A stretch of 29,519 nt of DNA, from positions 1-29,519 of the IMG/VR virus record IMGVR_UViG_3300017653_000217. One strand, 5' to 3'. The position numbers and the translations under genes were made by a program. Of the stretch, positions 8,440 to 16,705 are shown piece by piece. The first letter of the stretch is position 1. Each line of letters opens with the position of its first letter. The notes below the pieces were generated by a model that was not told the DNA's origin, made no database searches, and saw nothing but the letters and a program-made list of their open reading frames with translations. Source of the stretch: a virus (taxonomy: Duplodnaviria; Caudoviricetes).

Positions 8440-9456
8440 TTAACTCGCAAACTTGTTCATCCAATTCTCAAAAGATGTATAAGGTACTGTAACCGAGGGT
8501 GGCGTTACCTCTTTTTGCGCTTTCTTAAGTGCCTGTTTATAGGTTAAGCTCTCATCTGTCATATACGACTCGATACGATCAGCGAGCTTTCTTTGATATT
8601 CCGGATCCATATAATTGCGACCGCGACGATATTCGGGAAGCATGCCATTCACCTTATATATCTTCATGCATCTGCAGTTGATATCCATTGATGCAATGCC
8701 CCATAGATGAGGAGCCTTTGCTTTCCAGCCATTGTAGTGGAAATAGCCATCCTCAGCCGTCTCTTTCCCATCAAGCTCGCGGTGAGAACGTCTGACACGT
8801 AAATCCAATGCGCTCAGCCATACACCAGTGGTCTCAGTATACTTTTTAGCCTGCTCCTCAGCCTTTTCACCCGCAAGGCTTCTCACCCTACCCGCCTCAG
8901 TTCTAACCACTGCCCTAGATTTCTTCAAACTGAAACCTACTGCATTTTTAACACGTTGAGCCATGGTGGCATACCCTTCACCAGCTTGAATCCCTTGAGC
9001 AATCTCAATATTAATTCGTCTTACAATGTCATTACGATGAGGCTCCATTATGGCAGGCAAAGTTAACTCAGGTATTTCATTTTTGAGTATCTGACGAATG
9101 AAATTTATGGATGGCAGCGTAACTTGCATGGTTGTTTGTGTTGCCATTTCATACAAGTACATGTGCCTTAAATATCCTTCAAGGAAAATGTATTCCGTAG
9201 ATTCCTGAATTGTAGAGATGATTTCCTTGTACGTGTCGGTTAACTCCTGACTAATACGTTGAAGCTCCTTCTGGAGACGGTTGTATCTATTGATATCCGT
9301 CCAGCTGATCTCGTTTTCCTTGTTGGAGTACTTTTCATACATGACGGCCAATTGATTAAGGATATTACGAACACGCCTGTTAAAGACTGCCTCGATATCC
9401 GATTCGGTTTGCTGAGCAAGTTTGTCGAGAAATTCTTCAATCTCAATTTGATTCAT
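8440..9456 (-). CDS. Minor head protein (SPP1 gp7 / Mu F family)
   Basis: 'VRTE..R', 'WLSALD.RVR.SH..LDG', 'INCRC' motifs; ATG at 9456 overlaps the portal stop (ATGA). Confidence 0.9.
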   Translation of the reverse strand: MNQIEIEEFLDKLAQQTESDIEAVFNRRVRNILNQLAVMYEKYSNKENEISWTDINRYNRLQKELQRISQELTDTYKEIISTIQESTEYIFLEGYLRHMYLYEMATQTTMQVTLPSINFIRQILKNEIPELTLPAIMEPHRNDIVRRINIEIAQGIQAGEGYATMAQRVKNAVGFSLKKSRAVVRTEAGRVRSLAGEKAEEQAKKYTETTGVWLSALDLRVRRSHRELDGKETAEDGYFHYNGWKAKAPHLWGIASMDINCRCMKIYKVNGMLPEYRRGRNYMDPEYQRKLADRIESYMTDESLTYKQALKKAQKEVTPPSVTVPYTSFENWMNKFAS

Positions 9457-11030
9457 CGCGTGATCACACCATCTCCTCCACACGTTTTACAATTGATATC
9501 TCTATTGGACTTAGAACTAAAAACAGTTCCATCCCCTCCGCAATCAGGACAGGACTTTTCATCCTCATCATTGTTATTTCCCTTTGTCCCTGCGCCAGTA
9601 ACACTTCCACCGGCTGATGACAAACTAGAATCACCACCCAATGGCTCCAATCTAGCGCCATATAACTCTGCATCTTTCTGCATTTCTTCAAGCTCATAAT
9701 CAACGTCATCAACGAATGTAAGTAGGGATAGTCTGGTCCTTTCACTTACCTTACCCATTAGTTGTACCGTGGATTGCGCTTCATCAAGTACGTTAGCTGG
9801 CAGATTACGTTTGAATCCAAACCATACCTTAAGAAAGTCTTCCTTCGAGCAGATATTCCTCTTTGACCAGGCTGAACAAAGGACCTTGTATTGGTAACGT
9901 AGAGCTGAAGTCATTTTCCGTTCCATCGTGATGCATTTGTTCTCGAGAGCCATGATTTTAAACTTCATGGCAACACCAGTTACGTTCCCGCCAAATGCTT
10001 CATCGGAAAAATTCACCGACTTAGCAAAACGAAGGATATTCTCTTCCAGTCGATTTAAATGGTTCTCGATCATCTGGTCATTAATGTCCTTCGTGAGATA
10101 TTTGACATCCTCTTTTTCGTCATACAACTCAAATATGCCAGTTTCCTTAAGCCTTTGAAGCGTTTCTTCGTCAGCTCCCATTCCTTTCAAAATGAGATAC
10201 GCTAACCGGTATTGCTCTATCTCATTCGAAGCATCTGAAAAAGTACGGTCATAAGCATCAATAAGCTTTATAACACGCTCCGCATCCCCCATAAGTTCTT
10301 CGTTATTCGGCAGACCATATAACGGGCAAAGATCAAATAAATGAACCTGCTCTTTTATATATTGGTAGTCAGATTCACTTTCAGCTTCGAAGAAATATAT
10401 CTTTGTATCATCATAGACTTCTGCTTTATGAATCTCCTTTTTGGTGCCATCCGAGAAGACACGTATTACCTTGTAATATCGAATAGAGTACTCCGGCTCT
10501 GTGATATCGTCACTTGAAAGGATAATGACTTCCCACGGGTTGATATTCTTTACCCTCTCCCTGCCGTCTTTATCGATATAAGCTAAACGAGCACCATATC
10601 CACAAATAGCAGCCTTTTTCCCCCACTCAGCGTCCTGATCCTCTACGTTGGAACGAAGGTTAAATTCCTCGATAGCTTTTTCAAGGGGAGATTTAACCCT
10701 ATCTTTGACTTTTTCAGTTTTCTTACCAGTATCAACCTGATAAGAGATAGCATGACCGAACATATAGCCAACCTTTGTATCAACAATGTCCCCGTCAAAG
10801 GCATCGTTTAACTGGTTGTTTACCTTGTTATCAATCCGCTTGATTGCCCCTGTCTCAAAGTCCTCGTATTCGATTGGTTTTCGCTGAAGGATAGGAACTC
10901 CATCCGTATCCGTCCTATATCGTTTATATAAGCCCTGCATTCGATCACTATCAATCTTGTGGTCTTTGATAATAGCAGTAACCAATTTAGGGGTAATTCC
11001 TTCTCTCAGGGCATGTAAATACTCGTTCAT
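9453..11030 (-). CDS. Portal protein (SPP1 gp6-like) with C-terminal zinc finger
   Basis: 'IVDTKVGYMFG', 'LIDAYD...SD', 'GNVTGVAMKFK' motifs; follows TerL; ends with two CxxCxGxG motifs. Confidence 0.95.
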   Translation of the reverse strand: MNEYLHALREGITPKLVTAIIKDHKIDSDRMQGLYKRYRTDTDGVPILQRKPIEYEDFETGAIKRIDNKVNNQLNDAFDGDIVDTKVGYMFGHAISYQVDTGKKTEKVKDRVKSPLEKAIEEFNLRSNVEDQDAEWGKKAAICGYGARLAYIDKDGRERVKNINPWEVIILSSDDITEPEYSIRYYKVIRVFSDGTKKEIHKAEVYDDTKIYFFEAESESDYQYIKEQVHLFDLCPLYGLPNNEELMGDAERVIKLIDAYDRTFSDASNEIEQYRLAYLILKGMGADEETLQRLKETGIFELYDEKEDVKYLTKDINDQMIENHLNRLEENILRFAKSVNFSDEAFGGNVTGVAMKFKIMALENKCITMERKMTSALRYQYKVLCSAWSKRNICSKEDFLKVWFGFKRNLPANVLDEAQSTVQLMGKVSERTRLSLLTFVDDVDYELEEMQKDAELYGARLEPLGGDSSLSSAGGSVTGAGTKGNNNDEDEKSCPDCGGDGTVFSSKSNRDINCKTCGGDGVITR

Positions 11031-11034
11031 CGTC

Positions 11035-12240
11035 TCACCTCCGTTTTCCCCTTAGGATGTCTTTCTTGTTTCTTGTGTAAATAGCGTATCGAACGGCATC
11101 AAGAACGTTGTCCCATTCTTTAACTGGCTCACCTGTCTTCTCGTTCCAGACATATAGGAAAATTTCCTTTTTGAACAGGTTCACTTCGTTTTCAATCACA
11201 TAGAGCTTTTTAAGCTTGAGCATGCGGGCCACTTCTTCAATTCCTGCTAATACAGATTTATCGGCATTAACAGCCTTCAATCCTTCCCTACGGAACCTTT
11301 TCACATGCTCTGGTCGTGCTGAATCGCAATAAAAAAAGATGTTGCCATAGCGCTCCTTCACGCCTTTGGCCACACCTACCCAATAATCTATTTCCTCATG
11401 CTGCTTGCTATGTTCCTCGAGGAGGTATGTATCACCTTTATCATCCTCACCTAATACAACAATCGCACCAGGGTGTTCATATCCCCAGTCAACACCAGCG
11501 TAATAATGGACGAAGTTCTTTTCTGCTGCCTTTTCAGCAGATATATAGTGAATATCCTTGTTGAAATCCTTATAGATAACTCCTTCAGCAGCCACCCAAT
11601 GACCGTATATATCACGATCAGTAAACATGCCTGTCGGAGTTGAAGCAACAATACTCTCTACGTACTCAGGATCCAGAAAAATATTATCGAACAGCGAAAA
11701 GTGGAAAGCTCTGATATTCACCCTTCCATTTGATAAGGTTTGTCCATCCTTATCGATGTAATCCTCTTTAACTGGATGGCTAGGGTTCTCAGGGTTGGTA
11801 TCAATAAAGATACGTGCTCCTGTATATGAACAACGGGAGATAACTTCCTTCACGAACATATCATGCAAAGCAGTTCCTTCGTTAAGCAAAGCTCCAGCTG
11901 CAGTAAATCCCCTTGCTTTCTTCCAAGCGTCTGAGGTTGAGCCATCAAAAACGTATATCTTATTCCCAAACAATGTAAAAGAGTTTTTCTTGTCCAGTTT
12001 TATGTCGCGACCAATGATCTTTTCCATATCGTCCAAGATGTTACGCCAAATAGCAGAGTAAGTTGCTCCACCAATGATGAAGGCTAATCCTTTTCCTTCA
12101 TACTTTGCTACATGAGCCAGAAATAATAATAGGACAATAAAGGTTTTTCCAGCACGCTTAGCACCACTGAGAAGTAATATCTTCGGGTCCTCAGTGCGAA
12201 CGCAATTAACAACCTCAATCTGCTTTGGAGTTAATTCCAT
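11035..12240 (-). CDS. terL: Terminase large subunit (PBSX family)
   Basis: Walker A 'GAKRAGKT', 'DTNPENP.H', nuclease motifs 'GVDWGY', 'CDSARP', 'DNVLDAVRYA'. Confidence 0.95.
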   Translation of the reverse strand: MELTPKQIEVVNCVRTEDPKILLLSGAKRAGKTFIVLLLFLAHVAKYEGKGLAFIIGGATYSAIWRNILDDMEKIIGRDIKLDKKNSFTLFGNKIYVFDGSTSDAWKKARGFTAAGALLNEGTALHDMFVKEVISRCSYTGARIFIDTNPENPSHPVKEDYIDKDGQTLSNGRVNIRAFHFSLFDNIFLDPEYVESIVASTPTGMFTDRDIYGHWVAAEGVIYKDFNKDIHYISAEKAAEKNFVHYYAGVDWGYEHPGAIVVLGEDDKGDTYLLEEHSKQHEEIDYWVGVAKGVKERYGNIFFYCDSARPEHVKRFRREGLKAVNADKSVLAGIEEVARMLKLKKLYVIENEVNLFKKEIFLYVWNEKTGEPVKEWDNVLDAVRYAIYTRNKKDILRGKRR

Positions 12241-12982
12241 CGACTAACCCCCTTAAAGCAGCTGCAACATCTTTCTCTTGCGTGTCATCGTCACCCTTTT
12301 GGATTTTATCGATTTCTGCTTTGGTTTTTTCTATACCTAAGCGCATTCCTTCGAGCTTAAGTCTAAGCTCATCATCGATATGTGCCATATCATCAAATTG
12401 TTTTATGAGGCTCCTAAGCTCTCCCATAGCCCTTGACTGAGCATTAAGAAAAGTAGCTTGACGGTCCCAGGCGAATTGGAAATCATATTCTTCCTCGGTA
12501 GCAACTTGTTTAAACTCACCCCTTACATCAGGGTCCGGAACTAAGTCATATCTAGCCTTTTTGAGCTCCTTTGCTATATCATCCTTATCTCGAACAAACA
12601 TAATCTGTTGAGCGCGGATAATAGCAGCATACTGAATTTGTATCTGATCCCATATAAGGTCAGCTGGTGAACGTTCATTCAAGCTCTCCATTATCTCTAA
12701 TGTTTCAGAAGGAAGGAACTTAGAGAATAGCCCATGCTTTTCAGCAGCCTTGTTCCGTTTTGTAAATTGGTTTTGAGGATTAGGATTGCCACTTCTTTTT
12801 CGAGGTTCAGGTGGTGCAACCTTTTTCTTTTTGGTTGCATCCTTTTCGGGAGAACCTCTTGACCACCCTTCTCTACTTTTTCTACTCTTTAATGTGCCAA
12901 TTTTTATATCATGTTTTTCGGCAAGTGCCTTTAATGTAATATTGGTTGATTCATATTCTTGCCGTATTTCTCCCCAATTCAT
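12215..12982 (-). CDS. terS: Terminase small subunit
   Basis: N-terminal HTH 'LKALAEKH....GTLKSRKSREGW', 'N.AAEKHGLFSK'; overlaps the terL start. Confidence 0.88.
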   Translation of the reverse strand: MNWGEIRQEYESTNITLKALAEKHDIKIGTLKSRKSREGWSRGSPEKDATKKKKVAPPEPRKRSGNPNPQNQFTKRNKAAEKHGLFSKFLPSETLEIMESLNERSPADLIWDQIQIQYAAIIRAQQIMFVRDKDDIAKELKKARYDLVPDPDVRGEFKQVATEEEYDFQFAWDRQATFLNAQSRAMGELRSLIKQFDDMAHIDDELRLKLEGMRLGIEKTKAEIDKIQKGDDDTQEKDVAAALRGLVDGINSKAD

Positions 12983-13020
12983 TACATCGCACCTACCTCC
13001 ATTAATCTTTTTTTAGACAT

Positions 13021-13046
13021 AATAAAAAGCACCCCGAAGGATGCTC
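13021..13046 (-). terminator. Intrinsic terminator after 68-aa moron gene
   Basis: Minus strand reads GAGCATCC-TTCG-GGGTGCTT-TTTATT. Confidence 0.75.
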
Positions 13047-13051
13047 CTAAA

Positions 13052-13258
13052 TTACTTCTCTGCTTTTGTAACTTTTTCGATCATTTCTTGCCTCAGTGTC
13101 TCAGCTTCTTTTCTAACTCTAGCATTGAAATCATCCATAGAGATTAAACCGCTTCTCGCTACAATATCAACTAATACATTAATTGCAGCAGTATTATTGA
13201 ATGATTGCTCTGATACAATTTTATAATGCTCTAAATCCTTTGGGTTTTTGAAATCCAT
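13052..13258 (-). CDS. Hypothetical 68-aa protein (moron)
   Basis: ATG at 13258 after a strong AAGGAGGTG RBS; the longer track ORF runs through promoter and terminator DNA. Confidence 0.7.
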   Translation of the reverse strand: MDFKNPKDLEHYKIVSEQSFNNTAAINVLVDIVARSGLISMDDFNARVRKEAETLRQEMIEKVTKAEK

Positions 13259-13284
13259 TTCCAACACCTCCTTTAGTCTACTCA

Positions 13285-13311
13285 ATTCGATAAATAGAGA
13301 TGTTTTCCTGC
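13285..13311 (-). promoter_or_regulatory. Putative SigH-dependent promoter
   Basis: GCAGGAAAA-11 nt-ATCGAAT matches the B. subtilis SigH consensus RNAGGAWWW-N11/12-RNNGAAT. Confidence 0.65.
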
Positions 13312-13345
13312 AAAACAAATTACCGTAAGGTGACAATAACCGCAC

Positions 13346-13381
13346 AAAATAAGAGGAAACAGCTTGTTTAACTGCCTCCCC
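13346..13381 (-). terminator. Terminator-like hairpin just downstream of the putative late promoter
   Basis: GGGGAGGCAG...CTGTTTCCTC stem (three G-U pairs) followed by TTATTTT. Confidence 0.45.
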
Positions 13382-13394
13382 TGTCCTGCCTTCA

Positions 13395-13453
13395 AGTTTA
13401 TCAAGCTGATTTAGGGTTTTGCAATTTCGTACCGTTTGGAACATTTGGAACAT
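13395..13453 (-). promoter_or_regulatory. Putative late promoter with activator-binding direct repeats
   Basis: Tandem 9-mer TGTTCCAAA x2 (13435-13452) in the 3' end of the activator gene, then an extended -10 TGaTAAACT (13395-13403). Confidence 0.55.
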
Positions 13454-13847
13454 CTGAACTAAGTTGTTCAACAATGCTTTCACGGATTCTCCTTATGTGT
13501 GAATGAGAGAACCCCATATGTAAACCGATCCATCGATAGCTCTTTCCTTCAAGCAGCCAGTGGAGAACCTCTAACTCTCTGTCGTCTTTTATCAAATGCA
13601 ATCTGTCCTGGATAATAGAGATTTTAGCCATATACCTACTTACCACCCGATGACGTTTCTCTCGTCGAAGAATCTCTCTATAAATTGGGTCTCCAGTGGT
13701 CCCTTGCGCCGTTGGCATCCCTGCCTCTTCCCCGTATTGAGCGGTCAAACCTTCTCCAGCATCAATCATTGAAGACCGTAATTCCTTAATACTCTTTAGC
13801 ATCCAATGATAATCCTTTAGGATATCGTCAATCTTGTCTTTATTCAT
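13401..13847 (-). CDS. Late transcriptional activator (ArpU/RinA-like, C-terminal HTH)
   Basis: 'TAQYG.EA.MP..QG...DP' N-domain and sigma4/LuxR-like HTH 'LEGKSYRWIG.HMGFSHSHIRRI'; upstream of terS. Confidence 0.75.
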   Translation of the reverse strand: MNKDKIDDILKDYHWMLKSIKELRSSMIDAGEGLTAQYGEEAGMPTAQGTTGDPIYREILRREKRHRVVSRYMAKISIIQDRLHLIKDDRELEVLHWLLEGKSYRWIGLHMGFSHSHIRRIRESIVEQLSSDVPNVPNGTKLQNPKSA

Positions 13848-14088
13848 CGAATCACCTTCCGCACAAGATTTCTAGGCTTGTTATTAGTTATTTGGCTTTC
13901 AACCTGGTATCAGTTGGGACCATCCAAGTTTCCCTCAAGTGGTTAACTTTCTTTTCCTTTTTGGAATATTTCTCATGCGGCCATACCATGGATTTAAATT
14001 GGTTCCATGTTTCTTTCAACGCCTTAATTAAAGGTTTAAGTGCTTCTGATAGCCTCTTAATCAATTTATCAATATCAATCACTTCCAA
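13844..14088 (-). pseudogene. Hypothetical protein, probably frameshifted by 1 nt near its 3' end
   Basis: Frame 0 stops at 13888; the -1 frame continues SQITNNKPRNLVRKVIR to a TGA overlapping the next ATG (ATGA, 13844-13847). Confidence 0.5.
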
Positions 14089-14273
14089 GCGCCACCCTTC
14101 CCTCTTCGTAAACCGCGTTGCCCCATCCCCATAAGACTCTTAATATCTAATTCTGTTAAATGCTCTGATTTCGCCTTCAGAGGCTTCTGGCGAGGTTTCT
14201 TTTTCTTCGCTGCCTTTATCTCGCGGTTTTGCTTTTTCCATTCTTTCAACTGGTCTTTTAATGACGGATTCAT
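14079..14273 (-). CDS. Small basic hypothetical protein (64 aa)
   Basis: ATG at 14273 after AAAGGAG; 'LKDQLKEWKK...DIKSLMG....LRRGKGGAWK'. Confidence 0.7.
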   Translation of the reverse strand: MNPSLKDQLKEWKKQNREIKAAKKKKPRQKPLKAKSEHLTELDIKSLMGMGQRGLRRGKGGAWK

Positions 14274-14302
14274 ACGATCATCTCCTTTGGATGACAAAAT
14301 AA

Positions 14303-14370
14303 GCAAACAAAAAGAGGACACCAAAAGACGGTATAAACCGTGCATTCAGTGTCCTCCAGAGGGCTGGTAC
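14303..14370 (-). terminator. Structured RNA: small hairpin followed by a long terminator-like stem
   Basis: CCAG-CCCT-CTGG abuts the stem GAGGACACTGA...TTGGTGTCCTC (internal ACGGT/ACCGT stem), followed by TTTTT. Confidence 0.65.
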
Positions 14371-14373
14371 GAC

Positions 14374-15564
14374 TTATTTAATTCCTTTTACTCCTAATTC
14401 ACTTACTGAAAACCTCTTATTTTCCTGTTTCTGATGGTTGTTAAAGAACTTCTCTTCAATTCCAGTTAAAACTGTAAAAAAACATGTATCTACCTTTAAT
14501 TCGTCCATTAAACCAGTGACGGTATAAATATTTTTATCAAAGAGCAATTGCAAAATACTTTTTATTTTCATTGGGTGCTCTATTGATATTTCATTATCCA
14601 AAGGTTCTTCAACCTTATAACCCTTTCTGTTAATGGACATAAAAAAATAACGATACTGCTGATAGTCAATCAGGTCTAATTTAAATGCTCTTATAGCAAT
14701 TGCTTGTAGAGAAACCAGCCACTTTTGTTTAAGATCAATATAAGCATCGGGATTTGACACCTTAACTATCCGCTCACAATCTTTTCTAAATTGTTTCTCC
14801 GGAAGCAAAAATTCGGATGCAAACTGATTAGCCTCATCTTCAAGCATTTTATATGATTTTTTATCCTGCATTGTAAATTCAACTTTAAAATGCAAAAGTA
14901 AATGACCTAATTCATGAGCTAAATCAAAATTCCTTCTTACAGCAGATTTCTTAATTGATCCTAGCATTATATATGGTCTGTTATCTTCAGTCCATAAGCT
15001 ATATGCATCTATTGTATTGCTAATTTCTTTTTCTAAAACGAAAGCCCCTGCTTTTTCAAGTAAGAAAAGAAGATTTTTGTTTGAATTTTCCTCTAAGCCA
15101 ATTCTTTCACGTGCTATTTTTGCAATATATTTAATTTGAATTTCACGATCCAAATTAGAGTTATCTTTCATAAATGAGATTATGTCATTTCTCAATTCTA
15201 CAAGAGAATTTTTGGGGTAATTAATTTTCTTTTCAATTTTCCTCAAGAAAACGTCTATAAATCTAATATGCATCAATTCACTTTGAGATTTGTTCAGCGA
15301 ATTAATTGTCTCTGATCGATATGCTATATTTTGCACATGTATATTGTTCATATCGGCCTGATCCAACAAATCAGTGTTATAAAAATAAGAAGACTTCACA
15401 TTAAAAATTGATTTCAATTTATTTACCACTTCTAGTTTCGGAGACATATATCCATTCTCATATTGCCAAATAGCCTGCTCAGTTACACCAACTTTTTCTG
15501 CTAACTGACTCCGACTCAAATCATTGAGGACTCGGATGTTGGTCAAACTTTTACCAGTAAACAC
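14374..15564 (-). CDS. XRE HTH + ImmA/IrrE metallopeptidase, spr1629/RosmerA-like antitoxin-repressor
   Basis: N-terminal XRE 'QLAEKVGVTEQAIWQYENG...P', 'RRNFDLAHELGH' (HExxH) and 'EANQFASEFLLP'. Confidence 0.85.
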   Translation of the reverse strand: MFTGKSLTNIRVLNDLSRSQLAEKVGVTEQAIWQYENGYMSPKLEVVNKLKSIFNVKSSYFYNTDLLDQADMNNIHVQNIAYRSETINSLNKSQSELMHIRFIDVFLRKIEKKINYPKNSLVELRNDIISFMKDNSNLDREIQIKYIAKIARERIGLEENSNKNLLFLLEKAGAFVLEKEISNTIDAYSLWTEDNRPYIMLGSIKKSAVRRNFDLAHELGHLLLHFKVEFTMQDKKSYKMLEDEANQFASEFLLPEKQFRKDCERIVKVSNPDAYIDLKQKWLVSLQAIAIRAFKLDLIDYQQYRYFFMSINRKGYKVEEPLDNEISIEHPMKIKSILQLLFDKNIYTVTGLMDELKVDTCFFTVLTGIEEKFFNNHQKQENKRFSVSELGVKGIK

Positions 15565-15588
15565 AGGCTAACCTCCCTATTTTTAGAC

Positions 15589-16350
15589 TTAATTATCCTT
15601 CTCCTTTGCATCGTCTAATACGATTCCAAATGCATGAGCTTCCAAATAAGAATCTGAATCATTATTTGTTAGTACAGTTTTTAATTCATCATCAATATCT
15701 AGCGCATGTGATGCATTTACATACAGAGTTAAGTCATCGATTAGATATGCTTTATTATTTACAGGATTAGGCATCCATAATCGTATTTCCTCAATTTGCT
15801 GCCCTTCATCAATTTTATATGTAACTATATAGAATCGATCATAGTTAGATTTAATCTTTGAAATTTCTAGATTATCGTTTTCACTTAAACGAACATCCTC
15901 GATCAATTCAAGTTCAAGTTGAGTCGAAGGCTCAATTACATCAGATGGAATATAATTAAAATCTACTCCGGAATTAATTTGCATTAATTCCTCCATATAA
16001 GAAATTTTCTTATTACGAGTTCTTCCCGTAGCATCCCGACCATGATTTACTTGATCTTCATTAAAATATCTAGCATTTTTCACAACGAAAAGTATCTTTT
16101 CATCGTTGTGCATAAATTGAAGATATTGCCATGTAAGACCTGCTTTAGATAAAATACTTTCCACCCCATAAGCCTCACATGCTAGGGCTACATGATGATC
16201 AATGTGATTTCCCTTAACCCACGCATAGGCACCACTTACTTTTAAGCTTTTAGCTTTTTCCCGACGAACTTCTAAATACTCACGGTAGCCATCAAATATA
16301 CCATTTACAAGGTTTTGGTTTAGGTCAGTTGCCAACTTATATTCCATCAA
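15589..16350 (-). CDS. spr1630-like toxin (partner of the XRE-ImmA antitoxin)
   Basis: Co-oriented upstream of the XRE-ImmA gene; 'AYAWVKGNHID', 'AGLTWQYLQF', 'FYIVTY.ID', 'L.MPNP' motifs recalled from the spr1630 family; AT-rich. Confidence 0.65.
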   Translation of the reverse strand: MMEYKLATDLNQNLVNGIFDGYREYLEVRREKAKSLKVSGAYAWVKGNHIDHHVALACEAYGVESILSKAGLTWQYLQFMHNDEKILFVVKNARYFNEDQVNHGRDATGRTRNKKISYMEELMQINSGVDFNYIPSDVIEPSTQLELELIEDVRLSENDNLEISKIKSNYDRFYIVTYKIDEGQQIEEIRLWMPNPVNNKAYLIDDLTLYVNASHALDIDDELKTVLTNNDSDSYLEAHAFGIVLDDAKEKDN

Positions 16351-16393
16351 AATCCATACACCTCCATATTTTCTAAGGGGAAACCTTTTTTAT

Positions 16394-16422
16394 ATTTTAT
16401 TAAAGAAAATATGATTTGTATA
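16394..16422 (-). promoter_or_regulatory. Possible SigA promoter of the TA cassette
   Basis: TATACA-17 nt-TAAAAT upstream of a GGAGGTG RBS. Confidence 0.4.
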
Positions 16423-16444
16423 TGTTTTTTTTAAAGTTTAGTAA

Positions 16445-16645
16445 TTAATATTCTTCTCCTTCTTCTTTTTTCATCCTTTTGACCTTACCCTGATGTGTAA
16501 TGATTTTATATTCTCCAAAAGGAGGTAATTCCCTAATTTTTGCTTTTCCTTCACTAATAATAACAACACAGTTTTCTGGGACACTCATTATATCAATTTC
16601 TAATTTCATCGTACTAGGATTAATTAATAATTCTTGAAGACTCAC
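16445..16645 (-). CDS. XtrA/YqaO family protein
   Basis: 'VVIISEGKAKIRELP.FGEYKIITHQGKVKR....EGEE'; GTG at 16645 after AGGAGG. Confidence 0.75.
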   Translation of the reverse strand: MSLQELLINPSTMKLEIDIMSVPENCVVIISEGKAKIRELPPFGEYKIITHQGKVKRMKKEEGEEY

Positions 16646-16659
16646 CAGGACCCCTCCTA

Positions 16660-16705
16660 TGGTATAATTAAGGTGGCTGAGTCGGGAGAGATCCTGGCTT
16701 TTTTT
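16660..16705 (+). ncRNA. Putative very short antisense transcript (extended -10 promoter + terminator)
   Basis: TGgTATAAT at 16660-16668, then hairpin AGTCGGGA-GAGA-TCCTGGCT and a T-tract; G-U pairs favour the + strand. Confidence 0.45.

Noticed and set aside
8440-8640. Possible MuF polymorphic toxin domain on the minor head protein
   Set aside because: The C-terminal extension is short and helical with no toxin motif; the next gene is Prp, not an immunity gene.
13259-13483. N-terminal 75 aa of the 143-aa track ORF
   Set aside because: Overlaps the activator gene, late promoter, hairpin and SigH promoter; the strong RBS is before 13258.
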